A stretch of DNA of 64,000 bases, from IMG/VR virus record IMGVR_UViG_3300046387_001332, one strand, 5' to 3'. Source of the DNA: a virus. Position numbers and translations under genes: made by a program. The notes under the pieces were generated by a model that saw only the letters and a list, made by a program, of their open reading frames with translations, ran no database searches and was not told where the DNA came from. Positions 48,051 to 60,800 of the stretch are shown in pieces; within the stretch, counting starts at the first letter, position 1; the number at the start of each line of letters is the position of its first letter.

Positions 48051-50021
48051 ATGGAGAGTGACAATTACAACGCAGTAACAAAAGATAAAGACATAAATTA
48101 CCTTAGTCGTGATTTTGCAAGTTTTAAAGAAAACCTTGTTCAGTATACTAAAACCTATTTTCCAGGTACACATACAGACTTTTCTGAAAACTCAACGGGA
48201 ATGATGTTTCTTGAATTGGCATCATATGTAGGGGATGTATTATCTTATTATATAGATTATCAATTTAAAGAAAGTTTTCTTCAATATGCAACTGAAAGAA
48301 AAAATATTTTAACTCTTGCAAATTATCTTGGATACAAACCAAATGCTTCTAAACCAGCATCTACAATTGTTGACATAATGCACATTGTTCCATCCAAATT
48401 AGATGAAGATGGTAAAAACGTTCCGGACATGAAATACGCACTAAATATTCAGTCTGGAATGGAAATAAGATCCTCCGCAAATACAGAGGTAGTCTTCAGA
48501 ACAACAAATAGTGTCCAATTTGCAGAGAATACAACCGAGTCACCACTCCAAATAACTGTATTTGAAAGAGATTCATCGGGTCAAGTATTGTTTTATTTAC
48601 TCAAGAAAAGGGTTCATACAACGGCCGGCACACTTACCAAAAAAACAGTTGCTGTGGGGCAAGCATCTGAATTTTTTGAAATAGAATTAACAGAACCAAA
48701 TGTACTTGAAATAGTATCAGTAAAAGATTCCGATGGAAACATATACCACGAAGTTCCCTACATGGCACAAGATTTAGTTTTAATTGAGCAACAAAATACT
48801 CAAAAGTCATTTCCAAACTATGCTCAATATTCAGCAAGTACTCCATATGTTCTAAAATACATCAAGACATCAAGAAGGTATATATCTCATGTAAACACAA
48901 ACAATTCAGTAACACTTGAGTTCGGCAAAGGTTCGGATAAGGTTGATGACAACATAATTTCACCAGACACCACCAACATAAATAGAAACATAAACATTAC
49001 AAAAAGTTCACTCGACATGGGATTTGATCCAATGAACTTTTTAAAATCAGATTCTTATGGGTCTGCCCCAAGCAACACACAGATAACGGTTCAATATTAC
49101 ACAGGTGGTGGTACAGAATCTAATGTAAAATCAAATGTACTAAATGCAATTGGTACTGTAAATTATGCCGACACAAATGAGTATCTTTCTGCTCAAGAAA
49201 AATTAGTCCTACAAACTGTTAAAAATAGTTTGATAGTTAATAATCCCGATCCAGCACGGGGTGGTGGTGGAGAAGAAACCGATGAAGAAATTCGTCTAAA
49301 AGGTCTTGCAAACTTTTCATCACAAATGAGAGCGGTCACAAAAGAAGATTATGTAATTAGATGCTATGCAATGCCAAGTAAATACGGCAGTGTTGCAAAG
49401 GCATTTGTAACCAAGGACGGGATATTAGATACAAAGTCACAAATAGATGCAATAAAATCTTCAACTATGGGAGACACGGACGTACAACCAAGTGGACTAA
49501 ATACGGTATATGGTGAAATAAACAATCCGTTTGCTGTAAATCTATATATTTTAAGTTATGACGAAAATCAAAAATTGGTAGCACCAAATGAACTTGTTTT
49601 AAACAACTTAATAAATTATTTATCAAACTTTAGAATGCTAACGGATGGCATAAATATATCAAATGCATTCATAATTAATATTGGAATTTATTTTGAAATA
49701 AGTGTATTTCAAAGTTTTAACAAAAAAGAAGTATTATTAAATTGTATCAATAAAATTACAGAACATTTTAATATAACGACTTGGCAAATTTCACAACCAA
49801 TTGAAATTGGTAGTGTAGAACTTTTATTGTCAAAAACAAAAGGTGTAAAGTCAGTAGCACGACTTGACTTTATAAATTTAACAATAAATGATGGAGATTA
49901 TTCCGAAAACGAATACGACATAGAAGGAGCAACTATTAACAAAGTAATATATCCATCACAAGACCCGTCGATATTTGAAATAAAATATCCATCGAGAGAT
50001 ATAATTGGGAGGGTTGTATAA
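48051..50021 (+). CDS. Baseplate wedge protein gp6-like (baseplate J family)
   Basis: YLSRDFASFK, DFSENSTGMMFLE, GGGEET, QMRAVTKEDY. Confidence 0.85.
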   Translation: MESDNYNAVTKDKDINYLSRDFASFKENLVQYTKTYFPGTHTDFSENSTGMMFLELASYVGDVLSYYIDYQFKESFLQYATERKNILTLANYLGYKPNASKPASTIVDIMHIVPSKLDEDGKNVPDMKYALNIQSGMEIRSSANTEVVFRTTNSVQFAENTTESPLQITVFERDSSGQVLFYLLKKRVHTTAGTLTKKTVAVGQASEFFEIELTEPNVLEIVSVKDSDGNIYHEVPYMAQDLVLIEQQNTQKSFPNYAQYSASTPYVLKYIKTSRRYISHVNTNNSVTLEFGKGSDKVDDNIISPDTTNINRNINITKSSLDMGFDPMNFLKSDSYGSAPSNTQITVQYYTGGGTESNVKSNVLNAIGTVNYADTNEYLSAQEKLVLQTVKNSLIVNNPDPARGGGGEETDEEIRLKGLANFSSQMRAVTKEDYVIRCYAMPSKYGSVAKAFVTKDGILDTKSQIDAIKSSTMGDTDVQPSGLNTVYGEINNPFAVNLYILSYDENQKLVAPNELVLNNLINYLSNFRMLTDGINISNAFIINIGIYFEISVFQSFNKKEVLLNCINKITEHFNITTWQISQPIEIGSVELLLSKTKGVKSVARLDFINLTINDGDYSENEYDIEGATINKVIYPSQDPSIFEIKYPSRDIIGRVV

Positions 50022-51265
50022 TGAACTTATTTTATTACCCAAGCAAAGACACTACAATATATAAATTAAAATCTAAAAGAGAGTTAAACTACGGAAACTC
50101 TGAAATATTAGAAATAACCAACACACACAACAATAGTAATGGTCATAATTTAAGTCAGATTTTAATAAAGTTTGATATACCAATCGACACAGACACACTT
50201 GAGTCTTATTTAGATTTCAGTGCTGAGTTAAACTTAAAAATAACCCATGTTGAAAATATTGATAGTGGAAATTTTCTTGAAGTTTTTCCTATTAATTGTG
50301 AGTGGACAGAGGGAACGGGTGCGGGTGTGGATTATGATCCTGTGTATGGTCCAACCAACTGGTTATATTCATCTGATGTAAAGTGGTTGCATGATAACGA
50401 TGGCATACTTGGTGCAACTTATTTTGATAAAAAAATAGATTGTTGTGGAAACTATAAAAATATAAACACAGGAATAGAACTTACAGAAAAAACATCTGAT
50501 CTTAGAATAAATGTTACTGATATAGTAAAGTATTGGATAAAAAATGATATTGAAAATAATGGATTTGTATTAAAGTTAAGAAATGAAAGTGTAACTAATC
50601 AATTTGGGAGTATTAAGTTCTTTTCATCTAGTACTAATACTATTTATTCCCCACGTTTAAAAGTTTCATATGATGATTTTGAGTTTTTAGAAGTAAAAAC
50701 GGAGGTTAAAACGGACAACGATTTAAGTGGGTCGTTAGGAAGTGGGTCGTTAGGAAGTGGAACACTTAAACATGAGTGTGATGGGGGAGACGGTTTAGAC
50801 TTTGAAGAATTTGACATTGATAAAGTAATCACCGAATCTTGTGATTTCTACAAAACATTTAGTAGTGAAAAAATTGAGATAGAGAATTTGGAAGAACTTA
50901 CAGGTGATGTTCATGTAAAAATAAAAAATATTAAAAAAGAATATAAAGTTTCGGAGATTATAAAATTTAGACTTGGGGTGCGTAATAAAAATCCCATTAA
51001 AAAAATAAAAAAGAGGGCTGTTTATACCGCATCGTATTACACCACAAACGAACTTTATTATTCAATTATTGACGCAGAGACGCAAGAGGTAATAATTGAC
51101 TTTGACAAATATTCACGAATAAGTTGCGATACAACTGGCCATTATTTTAATATATCTTTTTTAAATATAAGTCCCGGTAGGTATTACAAATTCTTGATAT
51201 TAGTAAAATCAGAAGAGGGTGACTACATAACAGAAGAACAAAGAACATTTCACTTATCTATATAA
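50021..51265 (+). CDS. Structural protein (DNRLRE/CBM96-like domain)
   Basis: KDTTIY, NYG, ILIKFD, WTEGTG, NVTDIVKYW, NNGFVLK, PRLKVSY. Confidence 0.6.
   Translation: MNLFYYPSKDTTIYKLKSKRELNYGNSEILEITNTHNNSNGHNLSQILIKFDIPIDTDTLESYLDFSAELNLKITHVENIDSGNFLEVFPINCEWTEGTGAGVDYDPVYGPTNWLYSSDVKWLHDNDGILGATYFDKKIDCCGNYKNINTGIELTEKTSDLRINVTDIVKYWIKNDIENNGFVLKLRNESVTNQFGSIKFFSSSTNTIYSPRLKVSYDDFEFLEVKTEVKTDNDLSGSLGSGSLGSGTLKHECDGGDGLDFEEFDIDKVITESCDFYKTFSSEKIEIENLEELTGDVHVKIKNIKKEYKVSEIIKFRLGVRNKNPIKKIKKRAVYTASYYTTNELYYSIIDAETQEVIIDFDKYSRISCDTTGHYFNISFLNISPGRYYKFLILVKSEEGDYITEEQRTFHLSI
50725..50760 (+). repeat. 15-nt tandem repeat AAGTGGGTCGTTAGG (SGSLG linker)
   Basis: 2.4 exact copies. Confidence 0.8.
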
Positions 51266-51861
51266 TGAAAGAAATACCACAAATTTTAAAAGAATCAAAT
51301 TTCAGTCAAGATAAAATTCAATCGTTATTTACAGAGGAAACCCTAGATGTAAATACAGATGGATTTGGTGTGATAAATTTTTCTCAAAACGAAGTAACAA
51401 ATGATTCTAATTTAGAGGATTATTTTCTTACAATAAAAACAGAAAAAAGAAAAATAGTTCCACCCAAAATAGAGTCGTATGCAACAACAGATGTAATTGA
51501 ATTTCAAGGAGAAATACAATCATTTGAAGAAGCACCTATTGAAGAAAACGAAGACTTGGTGAATATTGAGGAAGACTTAGATGACGCAATTAATAACGAG
51601 CAAATGCTACAAGCACAAATTGATGAACTCAGTTCAAAATTAGACGAAGAAATGGCAAGAAACATTAAATTTAGTGAAGATTCTGCCGAAATGTATCTGG
51701 CTGCAAGAGATACAATAATAGCACAAAGAATTGCAGCGGGTGAAGGAGCAGGTTCTGATGACTTTGAGGATATTTTTCCATTCTTACCAAAGTCATCAAC
51801 CGAACGAGATACTTCAACTGCGAGAGTAGAGTCGTTTCCTTTTATGGGAATAAATCAGTAA
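51265..51861 (+). CDS. Hypothetical acidic coiled-coil protein in tail module
   Basis: Coupled (TAATG) ORF between structural genes. Confidence 0.65.
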   Translation: MKEIPQILKESNFSQDKIQSLFTEETLDVNTDGFGVINFSQNEVTNDSNLEDYFLTIKTEKRKIVPPKIESYATTDVIEFQGEIQSFEEAPIEENEDLVNIEEDLDDAINNEQMLQAQIDELSSKLDEEMARNIKFSEDSAEMYLAARDTIIAQRIAAGEGAGSDDFEDIFPFLPKSSTERDTSTARVESFPFMGINQ

Positions 51862-54800
51862 ATGGCAACTAATTTACAATATATTCAATCCGAACCGTCG
51901 GATGATAAAAAACTTACAAGAGGTTATTTTGTAAACAAAGACACTCTAGATCTTTCGTATGAACTGAACCCAACGGAATATATTTTTGGAAAAAGTCCAA
52001 AAGACACCCTTGAGTTCACTGTGTATAATTTAGACCAAGAAAAACTTGGGTGGAAGAATATCGAGGACACACCGGTGTATGAAAATCAAGTTCTAAATTA
52101 CACAGATTACAATGGAGATTTTATTTCAGGAACAACTCAGGTATTTTCTCAGAACTACTCATTAATAGGAAATGAGGTTTTTGTATCACCAAGTGCTGAC
52201 TTGCAATCTCTCGAACTTGATCGTGGGAGTTATTATATAAGGTATAGTTTTTTAAATAATATATGTGGTTCTTTTGAAAATCCAACAAAACTTGTAATAG
52301 CAGAAATATCACAAACCAGAACCGAGGTTAAAATTATACCCGAGTGTTTAAAGACATCATCAAACCCAAGTGACGCATCTTTGACATTCGAATACTTAAA
52401 TTTAATAAATAAAAGAATTCCTGGACCTTCACTATACAATTTCACAGAAAACTTTATTAAAAAAATAGATGTAAGGGATTTATCTTTTCAAGACGAAATT
52501 GCATCTCTTGTAGAAAACTACGAAGATGTATTAAATAAATCTAAACAAGTATTGGGTACTGATTTAGTAAAAGATGTTTATGAATCAATAGAAAGCATAA
52601 ACAAAAAACTGATAGATCTTTACAAAAATATTTTACTATCAAAATATAATAATGTATTTACACAAAGTGATTACTATTTTGAATTTTTAAATTCTATTAA
52701 TTACTTGGTGAGTGTTCACCCAAGATTAGGAGACTCCCAAGTTGATGAAGATGTTATAAATTTTTACAAAACAGTTTTAATTTCACTATTTGATGTAGAT
52801 TATTTAAACTCTTTGTTTGTAGATAGATTTGATACATATTTAAATAATTATATAAATTTTGGAGAAGGTGAAAAGTATCCGTTGATTTCAGTTACACCTA
52901 CATTAGAAAATCAAAGTGATGAACAAAAACACCAACCTTGTATTTTAAAATTATTTGATCCACTACCAACTAACATAGCAGTAGGTCAAAAACTTTATTT
53001 GTCGTCGTCAATTTACTCTGATGATGTAATGCAAAAAACTAATTTTTTTAAAACAAGCAAAGTATCTGCTTTTAAATTAAGAGGACCCGACAGATTCAAG
53101 ATAATATCAACGAGTGGAACGACTCAACTAAATCGAGACGAGTTACAAAATGAGACTGAACCAAAACTTGATAAAGCAACTAAATCAATATCAAATTATT
53201 TTTCGGAAGATATAAATGTAAATAACCACGACTACTCGGACTTTAAAGATTTCGTAAAATTTTCATCAGCAAGCAAACAACTTGAAATATTCATAGCAAA
53301 GCATTCTAAAATCTCAGATTTAATAAATAAAATAGATGCTATTGAATACGATATTCTATCATTACAAAAAAGAATAGAAAGCAATCTTGCAACAGAAGAA
53401 GATGCTTCTGATGCGATTAATATATTAAAAAAGATTGATTTGGATAATTACAAAAAAAGTCTCGATGAATTACTTTATTCTTTAACCGACTATGAAAGAT
53501 TTTTGTTTTATGAAGAGTCTGACAATGCGTTTCCAAGAAACGAGTACATTTACATATCTGGCATAACAGGATTAAACGAAACTGCGAATGGAAGATATAT
53601 TAAGTATGGATACAACGACGGAAAATATGATTTTAAACACACAAACGGAAATTGGTTTATATGGTGGGAAGTTGAAGAAGCATCTTGGATTTTATCTGAT
53701 ACTCGTTATTTCAAATTATCAAATTGGATAAAAATAAACGAAGATTCTTATTATTTTACATATAACATTTCTGAACTTACAAGTGAGGGATTTAATGAGT
53801 CTGATAGAATTGTATCTAATCGTGAGTTAGTACGTGTAGGACCCGAAATAGGAAAAATAGCACCGGACTATATATCCACAAGAGCAAAAGAGTGGACTCA
53901 GTCATTATCATATCAATGGTTTCAAAAAAAGCATAAAGAAGCATCATACTACGACAGAGAAAACTACGAATCGTTGGCAATGAACATTCCTGAGTTTTTA
54001 AGAAGAAACGAAGAAAATGACGAATTTATTGATCTTTTAAATTTGGTAGGATTGCACTTTGATCATATTAATGGATACATAGAAAATTTAGGAAATTCAA
54101 GGAAAATAAGAAATAAAAATACAAAAGGAATACCAGATAAATTAATTTATTATTTTTTACAATCACTTGGAATAAATTTTGCAGGACAAAATATAAATCT
54201 CGATGATATACAAAAAAGCAATGTAAATGACAAAGAGACACAAACATATCGTAGAAATCAAATTTGGAGAAGAATCCTAAATAATCTACCGTATATTTTA
54301 AAAACAAAAGGAACATTATCTTCAATAACGGCATTGTTAAGGTGTTACGATATTCCTGATCATTTATTTAGCATACGAGAATACGGAGGTGCATCTGAAT
54401 ACTCTGACAAAGAAGGTGACTCGGCATTTACATTTGACACATATGATTATGGTCTAAGCATTTCACATGAAAATCAGTATATTCAACTACCGTGGTCATA
54501 TGAAAATAAAAAAGCAAGTTCTCTTGAACTAAATATTATATTTGATTCCAGTATCAATAATGGTTCTCACCGTGTAAAGCTAATAGAGGGTGAGAGTTGG
54601 GAACTTGGGGTACAGTTCTTAGCAGAAAACGATGGAGATTATGGTAGATTTTATATGCGTGTCGGTGAGCATGAACAAATGTGTCCTTCGGAATTAAAAA
54701 ATCCTGTTTATATGTGGTTTGAAGAAGGTTTTGATATTTTAGTTCAGAGAAGTGAATCATTTAACAGATTAAAACGAAAAACAATATCTTTGTATGTTAA

Positions 54801-57800
54801 AAGAAAAGTAGATAACAAAATTGTATTTAGTGAGAATACTGATATTATTATTGATGAAAAAAATTACGAGTCGTTTTCAAACGATGACTATATTTTTATA
54901 GGAAACTATACCGACCACACATACAAAGGAGTTATAAACAGGTTGAGGGTTTATGCTTCACCCATTTCTGAAGATAAATTTGAAAACCACGTATTATTCT
55001 CTCAATCATATAATATATCTGATTTCTATAATCTCAGAGATACTTTATTATTTAAAAGTAATCTTGATTATCCACTTGATCTGTCGGACACCGCAAACTA
55101 TAAAACTGGATATGGAATATTAAATAATAGTGCATTTAGCAAAGATTTAAAATCTCATGCAAGGTGTTTTAATTTTATTAAGAAAGAATTTCCCTTTGAT
55201 TTCGTGGGTAGGTACAAAAAAGAAATTGCCGATTTACCCGGATATGGAAACCATGCTTTCAATAATAATAAAATTAGAAACGAATCACAGGAATTAATCT
55301 CAACTTTAAACCCAAGATTTAGTGCTACAAAAAAATCATTAGACAGAGCTGGTAAAGATTCAAATACAGTTGGTTTGTTTTTTGGTTCTAGTATACCCTT
55401 AAACGAAGAAATAATCAAATTTTTTGGAAAATTTAAATTAGGAGATTACATTGGAGACCCATCCTATTATGATAAACGTAAATATAAGGAATTGGAAAAT
55501 TTAAGAAAAGTGTTTGTAAGAGAGGGGTTTTCTAAAATAGATTGGTCAAATTATCTTAATACATTGAAAGCATATTTAGACGAATCTTTATTTGAAAATT
55601 TTGAAAAATTATTACCCGCAAGAAGTCGTGTTATTGCCGGATTGGTAGTAGAACCAACAATACTAGAACGATCTAAATTTAAAGGAATCAATGTCGATAA
55701 TGAAATTCAAACCAATTATCAAAATATTACGATAGTAAATTCAACTGATAAAATAAAACCACTTAAAAACATTAGATTATCAGGTAGAAACAAAAATAAA
55801 GATATTGTATCATTTGCAAATGAAAAAGTTTTTGTAAATAAACCCGACAATGAAAACAAACTGTGTATTACCGCAGATAGTATGTATAAGAAAGTTGTAG
55901 GTAAAACTAACAAGACAAGTTTATACAATAATTTTTATGGAGAATTAAACTCCAACTCACTTGAATCTGATATACCGACATTCGGTCATGTATTTAAAGA
56001 CGGAAACTTATATAGAACAGAATACACATCTAATGAATTTTATTATGACACTCGGTGGAAATCTGGATTGGTTGATTATACTATATTAACAAAATTTTAT
56101 ATAGATATAAAAATACTAAAAAAAGATACAATTAATGTAGATGAAAGACGTTTAATAAGTTCGGCCGAGGGAAGATATACTTCCCAACGAAATGTAAACA
56201 AAAAAATATGTTTTAAAAACTCAGCAAATACTTGGTTTATTTATTACGAACCTTATGTAGACCAATGGGTTTTGATTAAATACGACCCAAGAAAAGTTAG
56301 AAACACGGAAACACTTCTATCAGATGGATCAATAATAAGATTTTATGCAAATGTAGATTCCGATAAATATTTTCCATCTGACTTTAATATTGTTGTGCCA
56401 AATGAAATATCTAAATTATTAGGTAATTTTACAATTTGGAGTCCATTTTTTTTAAATAACAAAAAATCAGGACCTTTAAATTCCTACAAAAAATATGAAC
56501 TAAGCACAGGTGTAACTTTTAACTCTAATAAAAGAATGAGATTATCAGGAACTGTAAACGGAGTAATTGATTGTCAAATATCTGGTTTATTTAACGGAAC
56601 ATATACACTTATATCAAACATAAACGGAGAGGAGGTAATAGAACGAAAGACTGGTGTAATTAGATTTAGAAATCAAAAAATAAAAGTTAGATTAGAAGGA
56701 TTTTTCACAGGTATTCTTGAAAACGGTTTTGTTGGAAACAAAAATACAGATTCTAAGTTTATTTTAAGTGACGGACTTTACAATAATCAAAGATTTGGTG
56801 GGTGTTATTTTAGCAAAAAATATATGTTTGGAGATATAAATGAAATAGTAGAAAATCATCCAGACAATGTAATAGTAAACTTAGATTTATACGATCCAAC
56901 TAAAGTAAATAAATCTAATTACAACTTTAAAAATCAAGTGTTGGTAAAAACACCAAAGTATGTAGGTTTTAATTTTTCAAACATAATAAATTCTACTAGA
57001 AAATTAGAAATAAAAAAAGAATCAGAAAATAAAATATTTTATGAAAACGGAATTCCAATGAGGAATACCAAGGTCAAATATGAAAATAGTTTTATTCACA
57101 AAACACGTGATGTTTTAATTAACCCACTGATTACTAAGTTAAAATTTAACACTAATGTTAAAATAGAAACTACTGAAATAAAAAATATTAAAGTAATTGC
57201 ATATCATACCTCTTATGTAGACAGAGATTTAAATAAAGAATTAGAATATAGAGTAAAATTTTTAAGAGAAAGTGAACAGGAGAATATTGAATTTTTGCTT
57301 AAGTTTGTATACGACAGAAAGCAAGAGTTGTATAATTGCAATTTTAATTTATTTTCTTCTGGATTAAACTTGGAAGAAAACAAAGTTTATTCATCTTCAT
57401 TTATAAGTCCTGATATTGTAATTGAAAATGATTTAGAACTAAATAACTTATCTAATGAAATCTATTCCAATACAGAACTTAATATAAAACTTACTAAAAA
57501 TGATTTTGAAAGTGAGTTAAATACCGGAAGATATTTGATTTTAAAATACAACAATTCTGAGTTTGACGATCACTTTATTTACTTAATGTGTTTAATGGAT
57601 GATTCAGTTGATCATATACTTAATTTAAGTTCTAACAATTTTATAGAGAATACAAAAGATCAAATATCATATGGGGGTATCAATTATTACAGAAATGAAG
57701 TAATAGATGGATATGATGTAAAATCTGACATTATAGAAATTATCCAAAACAAACATAAACTATTGGACCAAACACTTGATATAGGTGACGATGTTACTCT

Positions 57801-60800
57801 TGAGGTATCTGCTAATAGTAAAATGAAATATTATTCAGCAGTAAATCGTGAGTTAAATAATGATGCCGACGATGATGAAGAGGCAATTATATACACACAC
57901 GATACACTTGATGCAATTTCTAATATTAGCATAAATGATAAATTTTTATCTTATAGTTGTGAAATAAGACCACTTTTAAATCAAGCATACTATAATGAAA
58001 GCAATTCGTTAACAAAATATTTTCATGTAATCGGAACTGATGAATATAAAGGATTTTATATAAATGACTTTAATGGCAGATGGATTACTGCAAATGGTCA
58101 ATATTTTAGAAGTTACAGAAAAAACAAAAAAAATTCTTATATACATGAATCTGGAAACTGGTTAGTCTTCTATAGCATAACTAAACCAAATTGTAAAAAG
58201 GACTCAATAAAAGGTGCGTGGGTTTTGTTAAAAATAGATTCCACAAACTTTGCGGAAAAGGAAGAAGGTGAATTGTTTACAGATCAATTTATATGGATGT
58301 ACGGATTTAAACAATCCGAATTTAATGGAAATGTAAATAACGATTCTAATGAAATTTCTAGTGTAAAGTTTAGTACAAATTTTGGAACGGGACCAACTGA
58401 CACAGATTTATTATACGAGTCAAATATAGATTTATACGAAGACTTATCTAAAGATGAATTGTTTATTCAAACTGAGTCAACCAAGTCTTCTCGTAAAATT
58501 ATAGACTCTTCGTTTACAATAATACCTGTAAAGGATAAATTTCGATTTGCAGATAAATATGCAGTCAACTATATTGGTGCCAGAAACAATATATTAGCAT
58601 GGTCTGTGATAATAAAGTCAGTCGAGAATAAACTACCACCGAGGGCAGTGTATTCAAAGGTTTATCCGGAAAAGGATTTAGATGTAACAGTTGAAGTATC
58701 GTATGAAAATGCGTTTGAAAAAATTCTTCCAAAGGTAAGATTACTTGGTTCGGATGTACGTACATCAACAATAAATAAAATAGAAGGAACGTATTACAAA
58801 ACAACAAAAATTATTAACAAATATCCTGTTTTTAGAAATGCACACGACTATTACATTTATTATGATACATACACAGACAAAGACGGATCAATGAATGTTT
58901 GGGTAGTTGGTGATGAAATAATACCATTAACCGATCCAGTAAATTCGATTGTAAACACAGGCAAAGTAATTTTTATATCAGATTCGGGTGCGTGTGTAAC
59001 TGATGAGTTTTATTTTAGACTTGGATACGACTTGACTCCAAATATATTTTCATATAACGACAGAGACTTGGTTGTGGCAGAGGGGTTTAGAAATGCAAAA
59101 CTACTTGACGACAGAGACACGATAATTGAGTGGGGTGCTAGAAGAAACATAGATGCGTGTTCTGTGTGTGATGATAACAATTCGTCTTCGTATTCGGTAA
59201 AAATAATACCAGAAAATGCATCTTCTTTGTATATAGGTCCACGAATACAAGTTGATGATATAAGTGGGGAGCTAAACATCAGTATCAAGTGTAACAGACT
59301 AGATTGCACAGGTGACCTTTTTGATTTTTACGGGAACTACAAGAAATCCGATCAGTTTGGGGATTTTCAAAATCCCGTATACTTTAACAACAATACCGAA
59401 AATGTTCAATTTGAAATTACCGACACGGGTTGGGAACTTGGATATAATGTGGTTATATTTAATGATACTGTTAGTTTTATAAGTTCAAAAAATAAAAGAG
59501 TCAAAAATTTTGATTTGAAATACGAATATCCAAAATATGGAACATATATTGCAGACACGGGAAGTGTGGTTAATATTGAAATAGAAAAAGACGAATATGA
59601 TGATGTAGTTTTACTATCAAGTTCGGATGAAGTAAAATTCAACAATAAAATTTTTACAAAATCACATCAGTTACATAACCAAAGAGGTGTCTGGCACTGT
59701 AATGAAGAATTATTTATTTATTATTTTAGAAACGAAATAAACAATAAAGAGGGGTGGTGTGTTAATGACATATTGACCAACAAGAATGTAAAATATAAAC
59801 AAAACATAAGACTTAATAGCAATGGTCGTGACCTTGATGAAATATATGGTGTTTATTATATGGAACGAGGTGGTGTAATAGACTTCAATATAGAAAATTG
59901 TTTGGTTGCAAATGCAGAAGTTTTATTTACTACAACAGGACGAGAAAGTATAAATTCTACAAAACAAATAAATGAATCTGATCCAAACTCGTTCGCATAT
60001 AGAGTAAGTACCCGTGGGTCATCAAAAGTTGACACAGATGCATTTGAAGTTAGAAAACTTACCTCGTCTTCAAGTAACTTAATTGAGACATATATCCCAT
60101 TTCAGTTTAAATATAAACCATCGTGCTTTGAACGAGATGTAAGAAACAATCCAGTTTTTAAAATAGAAACAAACGGAAAGTTTGACTCAAATGAAAAGTT
60201 AAAAATAGACATAAACTATTTAGATTTTCAAAACACGATAAGTGTTGAAAATAAACTATTAGACTCGTTTGATCGTGTAACCGGTACAAATAAACTTAGC
60301 AGACATATAGAGTTATATAGAAACGACACAGATCAAGACACATCAAGCACTCGTTCTATTGTGAAACATTTAATTGGAAAACAAATTTCTGATAATATGC
60401 CAGAAATTAAAAGAATTAATTTAAATATAGATTTGGATGTTGATTACTTTAGAGACAGAACACGAATCTATGATAATGAGTTTTTAATAGAAGAAGATGA
60501 AGACTTGGTAGAATCTTTTAGAGATGACGGAGACGAAGAAGATGCGAAGGTTGATCGTATCGTAGAAATAAAACAACTAAACAAATATAAAGTAAACACA
60601 GAATATAGATTGTGTGATGTTAATAGAATAAAAACACCTGGTAAATTAGTATCTCAGACAAAATCAAAACTACACAAAAGTAGTAAACGGAGATTGTTTA
60701 GAAGAAATAGTATAAATGATGTAAATTCAACTATAGATATGTTTTCTGGTGATACAAACAAAACATCTCCAATAATAAGGACAAGATCAGTTTTTGACCG